From the human T2T-CHM13v2.0 reference genome, Homo sapiens, in NCBI RefSeq assembly GCF_009914755.1, contig NC_060926.1: a stretch of 64,000 bases of DNA. One strand, written 5' to 3'. Every line of letters starts with the position of its first letter. The first letter of the stretch is position 1. Positions 58,104 through 64,000 of the stretch are shown here, piece by piece. The notes below the pieces were generated by a model. That model saw only the letters and a list, made by a program, of their open reading frames with translations, had not been told where the DNA came from and made no database searches. A program made the position numbers and the translations under genes.

Positions 58104-59296
58104 ATAAATTTTAAGGGTGTGATAATACTATTAGATTACACTCTTTATAATTCTTATCTCTTAGAGGACGTATCAAAACATTTAGCGATAAAATGACAAA
58201 TGTCTGGGATTTGGATCCAAGAAAACGTGAGAGAGGAAGTGGGGTACAGATAAACCCCTGTAAGTACATAATTATTGAAGCATGGAGGGAAGTATAAACA
58301 AATTTATTATATTATATATTATATATTATATATAAATACATTATATAATTTATTATATAATTTATTATATTTTCTTGGCTTTAGAGAAAGTTCCACATTT
58401 TTCATAATAAAAAGTTTAAATAAGTGAAGGAGGCAGAAATAGGTTATTTTTCAAACAAAAGTTGAGAGTTCATTAGGAGCAAAACCACACCAAAGGGGAT
58501 TTTCCAGGAGGGAAGAAATGATGCTTTATTAGTAGTTTGGAGATGCAGGTAGAAAAGAGCAACCACAAATCATTAATATGAGGATCAAAACAAAAGAGTA
58601 TTGTCTGTATCAAAACAAATTGTCTGGGCGATGTAACCTGTATGGAATAAAAATGGCCAACAGCAGTAACACAAAGCACAAGGGACAATGGAGGGGCATT
58701 TCCTCAGCTCCTGGCTTTGTCCAGAGGGTGTTAAGCACACTAAATTCTGTTAGACTTAAATAACTCAGAGAAGTGCTTTGTAACCTCGAGGATAACCATA
58801 TTATTTCAGCATTAGACTAAGATTTATAACCAATTAACTTTGAGAGTGGGAAATTGAAAAATAAGATCTAAGTACTTCTTTGATAAGATCAAAGAAGGCA
58901 GACAGGTTAGAAAGGGAAACCATGGCAAATTGAACAGATAGAAACATTGAGGTGGTCGACTTAAGTTTAAAGGCAGCAAAAATTTCAATAAGTATAAATG
59001 TGCTAAATTTGTCAAATAAAATACAAAGGCTATCAGATTGGATAAATGTTTTAAAACTCCAATGATATTCTACTTAATGTCACACCTAAAATGCTGAAAG
59101 CAAAGGGATGGAGGAAGTCCACGCCAGGCAAGTCCTAGGAGAATGGCAATTAAACTCTGTCAGTGTCGAGAGCAGAGGGTGAGAGACATTTGAGAGTGAC
59201 AAAGCATCAACCCCAGAAGATGTAATGATTCTAAACTGTCTGTACCTAATAACAGGGTCTCTATATGTATCAAGCAAAGATTAATAGAAGTAACAG

Positions 59297-59767
59297 TGAA
59301 GTAGGAGGCAGAACTCAACTCCAGAGGCAGGGGCTGGACACCGGGCCAGATTGAGGACTAGCTGAAACAGGGCTAGGGAGGAAGCAGTTTTCCATCAGAC
59401 ATGCCCTCCAGTGGGCCATGTCAGTTTACCATTGCCATGGCAACATCCAGGAGTTACTGCCACTTTCCATGGCAATGACCCAGTGACACAAATGTTACTA
59501 CCCCTTCCCTAGAAATTTCTGCAAAAACCACCCCTTAATCTGCATGCAATTAAAAGTGGGTATATGCGTGACTGCAGAACTGCCCGAGCTGCTGCTCTCC
59601 GCCTCTGGGGTAGCCCTGCTCTGCAAAAGCCGTCACAGAGCTGCAACACTGCTTGTTCAGTACAGCTGTTTTCTTCCACCTCTGACCTGCCCTTGAATTC
59701 TGTCCTGGGCAAAGCCAGTAACCTAGTGGGCTTAGCTCCGCTTTGGGGCTCATCTGCCCAGTGTCTA
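59297..59767 (+). mobile_element. ERV1 MER4-group solo LTR (MER66/MER41-related) inside an L1M fragment
   Basis: TGAAGTAGGAGGCAGAACTCAACTCC...CAGTTTACCATTGCCATGGCAAC...TTGAATTCTGTCCTGGGCAAAGCCA; exact subfamily uncertain. Confidence 0.7.
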
Positions 59768-61399
59768 AAGGAGAACAGGATAGATCCAGGTGCACAGTGA
59801 GGGATTTTAAAACACTTGTATGTGAGCAATGTTAAAACCACAATGTGGAGGAATCAATGCAAAGAACTGAATGAAATTTGTAAAATGCTACTATTTATGA
59901 AAAATTCAAAATAAAAATACATGTGGACAAGATGACAATGCATATTTTATATAACTTGTGGAAAGCCACATAGTAAACACTATGGAATGGCTGATGGAGG
60001 CAGAGGGAAAGAAAGGAAGAAAGGAAAGCAGAAAAGAGGAAAATCAGGTGAGGTGGAGGAAAGAAAAAGGGTCAGAGGCTTTGCTCAAAAGAGCAAGGAG
60101 GACCATGTGCTAGGAGGGAAAGATGGCGTCCACTCCTGTCTGCCCCTGCGACCAACCTGGCCAAGCAAAGCAACGCAGCAGAGTGGAGTGAGGAGAGGCA
60201 GGGATGACAGGCAGGCTTCATCCAGCGCTTCTCTCAGAACTGCTGCCTGTCATTTGTGCTTTCATTAATTAATATAATCTTAGTTTTGATCTTAAATCAA
60301 CACTATTTAGCACCGCACTACATTACTAAACAATACGTATCCACTAAGAGAGAACTTATACGTTGTGTATCTAAAATGGCACAAATTAAAAGTATTTTTA
60401 AGTATTATAAAGGTTTGCATTTAAATGCTTTGTGTTTTACGTTTCCTTCTATTTCCCAGGGTCCCCTTTTTCTTGCAGGGCAGAGTTTTGCTTCTATTTC
60501 GTTTTGCTTAGGAACCCTCCCTCAAAGTTCAAGGCTAGATACACCTATGAAGTTGCAGTAACTTGCTAGCCCTGGGAACCTGCACTCCAGTTAAACATCC
60601 TACCTTTTCTGGTCACACTTTAATGACTGGCAGCAGAGTCAGGCAATGGGGACCTCCCCTCGCCAGGCCCTGTGCCTGGTGGGGTCTGGGTGCAAAGGCT
60701 CCCGGGAGGGTGACTGTGGGCATGCAGGAAGAGGGGCCTGCAGCAGGGATGTGCCCATGGCTTCAGCAAACTTCCCTCTCCCTGAAAACTAGAAAAACAA
60801 GGACAAAACCACGAAAAATCAGCATGCTCAGGGTACTGCAGAATTTCAGAAAGGTGTTCCAAGGTGGGAATGCCGCAGGAGTGTGAGCCTCTCACCACAG
60901 CCCTTCAGCTCCTGCTTGGACAGGCACAACCTGGCAGGGAAAGGCGGTGTCTGCAGCCCGCAGGAGGAGACGCTCTGCGGGGAGGGCGATCGCCCAGAAG
61001 TGCCCAGGAGTTGGCTTCGGAGTCGGCACAGTCGTCTCTCCTCCCTGACCATGAGGAGGGGGGCGGAGGTAGCCCACCGGTGACATTTTAGCCAGGGTTA
61101 ATGGCCATAGCGAGACCAGCGAGGGTATAAATGGTTCAGGAAAAAGGTAATCATTCAACTGTGAAATTACAAGGAATCTGGGGGGAAAAAAGAAACAGAA
61201 ACTTATTTTAGAATAAATAGCTCCGTTCAGCTTAAAAATGAATTGCTCATTTATCTTAAAATCCTTGATCATCACCAGATTCCAGCATTCATATTTATAA
61301 GAGAAAAACAACAAAAAATTAGTAGTTCATTTCATTTTCCATCCTGACTCAGAGAAAATCAAAACTGTGGCTGAATGTCTTTTCTAAATTAGTGGCATG

Positions 61400-62850
61400 T
61401 GGCTGGGCGGGTGACGTCATCGCTAGACATCTAGGGTTGCAGCTCAGAGGAGCCCCGAGTTCTTCACGTGTGGACCCTGCGAGCAGCCGAGCTCTGGGGT
61501 CACCGCGTCCCCGCTGCGCGTTGCGGAGGCCACGCCAGGCTGCCCGGATCCACGCGGGAAGGCGGGACTGGGGCTGAGAGAGGCCGCAGCTGCCCGGTCC
61601 AGGCCTGCGGCTCCTCTGTCATTATAATTAGGGTCCATTGTGCTCCCAGAGTTTCTTGATTTGGGTGAGAGATGATATGGTGATCCTAAACTCAGCTGTG
61701 AGAACGCGCGCTCCGGAGCCAACTGCCTGCCCTGGGCCTGGTCCTGCGCCTCCCACAGCCGCTTCCACCTTCACGCGGCAGGTACGACGCCTCCCCGCAG
61801 GCTGCCCAGGGATTCAGTCCCCACCGTGCATACAGTCGGTGCCACATAAACGCTTCCATCCCCGGAGCACAGGGAGCCACGCCCTCAGGTCGGCCTGCTC
61901 CACTTCCTTCCCAGCCTCCGGCTGGGCGCGCCCCTCTCCGCGGTCCGGTCCTCGGAGGCCACTTGGGGGCCGCGGATGTCCGTGCGCTCTGGGCTCAGGT
62001 CCTAGAGGCGCTCCGAGGTCAAGGGGGCGCGCAGGCGAGTCTGAGCCTCCTCCGCCCTGGGGCGCGCGCAGTCGGGAGCCTCCCTCTCTCCCGGGAGCCC
62101 TGGTTTGGCGACTCAAAGGCGGAGGTGTCCCTGGAGAAAGCTCACATCAAGGGACCAGACCCAGCGCCGGTGCCGGGGAGAGGAGAGAGGGCCCGGCCAT
62201 GTCATCTGAGGCCCCGAGTCCAGCTGTCCCCTTGTCTCCAACTCTCCTTTCCAGCAAGTAAACCCCGCTTTTGCTTGAGGCAACACGGTCATCCAGACCC
62301 TGAGAACTGAAGAAACCCTGGTTTTTCACCCGATAGGGCCGCTCCCTGGGGCAAAGCCTGACTTCCAGGGTGGCGTCTCCTAAAATCGGTTCCCAGGTTA
62401 CGTGGAGGTACTGGGGGAGTGGGATGTCTTCTGCGCTCTCAAGGAGGACTGTAGAAAAACGTCTTGAGCGCTAAGAACAAAAGACCGTCACAGGGGTTGG
62501 CCCTGGGGACCAGCCAGAGCGGAGCTGTGCCTTCGCCCCGGTCCTGCGGCCGCGTCCTGGCGAGTGGAGACAGCACCCTAAGCGGCGGCCCAGGCAGGGA
62601 GAGCGCGTCCTGAGAACAGGCAGCCCACCCCACGTGGCCAGAGCTCTGCTAGGGTAGTGTCCAGGCAGAGCCCAGGCCCGCTGGGATCCGGCGCTGGGAC
62701 CGCAGACCCGAACAGTGTGTTCCCCCGGGTGGCTGCGTCCCTCTCGGCCTTCTTGGAGCCCGTCCCTGTGTTTTATTGCACATTAGGGCAATTGTTGTGA
62801 ACTCACCCTGGCGTGTTCCCAGGCGAGCACGGCCACCTTCTCAGATCCCT
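61400..62850. promoter_or_regulatory. CpG island with GC box + CRE and E-boxes
   Basis: Dense CpG; GGGCGG at 61405-61410 adjacent to TGACGTCA at 61412-61419; CACGTG at 61465 and 62631. Confidence 0.8.
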
Positions 62851-64000
62851 CTGCGTACACGCATTTAGATTCCCACAGCTTAAACAGACACAATGCAGGA
62901 AGCAGCCCTTCCCGTGCCATGGAAAGATGCCATAGATTTCTGAAAGTTGAAGCCTCTTATTTGCCATCAAAGTTCAGGAAGATTTTAAAGACCGTTCCAT
63001 GATGTCAAAATGAAGAACAGTATTACATACAAACAAATCTCAATTTGCCTCGACTCTAGTGAATCTCACAAAGCTGATTTGCCTCTTTTCAGGAGAATGA
63101 CTCTCACAGTAAGTCAGCAAGGTTACGTAGATGTTCATACTGCCGCTAAATAGCTGCGAGCAAAACACCTTCACCATTCTGCAGGGTTACCGGAAACGCT
63201 GTTTCCAATTCTAATTTATTTTGATTAGCATTACGTAAGGTACACGGCCACAGCCTGGCCTTTGATGAATTGCTTCATCTTCCAGGCAGTTTCACCTGAT
63301 GGTTTCCGATGATGCTTCAAACTTCATGGGAGGAAGAGGGGCAGCAGCTTGCATCTCATCAGCTCCCTAATGGAGCGGCAGCCAAGCTCAACTCATTATC
63401 TTACTTTGGAGTCACTCACCCAGAGCTGTATGCATCAGCCGTTAGGGATTTTTGAGGCCTGTTATATTTGAGACTAACATGGAAATAAAATGTGCATTTC
63501 TTTTTGTGCTGTTCCCTCCTGAATTTTTTCTTTATTAGTTCTGGGGGTTGCATTTATGGCAATATAAAAGGTCATTTTCTAGTCCTGACTTTCACCGTTG
63601 CTTATTTTCCATGCTCCAGATAAAAGCAAACTAGAAGTATGTTGGAAGGAAAATGCATTATGATACTTTAACAATATTTCATAATGAAATAAATCTTGGG
63701 TTGTATTTGAGCTATTTATGCAGAAACAAAAAATGAGTGGGCTCATCTGTAAAGGTCAGATGACATTTATTCAATAGAAGCATTGTGAAATACCAGGACA
63801 GGAATATGCCCCATAAAATAACTTATTTTCAGATTTGTGTTAAGTCATGAATTCAAGTTAGAGGTCACATTTTGTCCAGGCCTAATACCAGCTTTCCAGT
63901 CACTGGTAGCATTGACATCCCCTTGGACAGAGAAAGCACATATTAAAAATTTTAAAAGCCAGAAAGGAAAGGAAAGTCACCGCTATTGTTGATCAATCTT

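Noticed and set aside
61638-62261. 207-aa Pro/Arg/Gly-rich ORF
   Set aside because: Non-ATG start and typical CpG-island composition; no recognisable family.

Overview
This is primate, human-like genomic DNA: it contains AluJ and AluS elements plus HERV-W LTR17, HML-3 MER9, LTR2 and THE1 solo LTRs. I found no credible protein-coding gene. The long ORFs in the track are tandem-repeat, low-complexity or CpG-island artefacts. The window is a mosaic of old L1/L2/MIR/DNA-transposon fossils, solo LTRs and about ten GC-rich minisatellites, a density typical of subtelomeric DNA. It ends in a CpG island at about 61.4-62.8 kb. The main discovery is a heavily decayed but colinear plus-strand Ty3/Gypsy retrotransposon at about 30.0-36.5 kb. 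In order it shows a candidate tRNA-Ser primer-binding site, a PNMA-like Gag N-terminal domain, a PNMA-like capsid, a tentative protease, an RT with an intact YLDDVIVFSRTL motif, and RNase H. Younger MER9, L1M and LTR17 insertions split it. All family assignments are by eye against remembered consensus sequences, and no searches were run.
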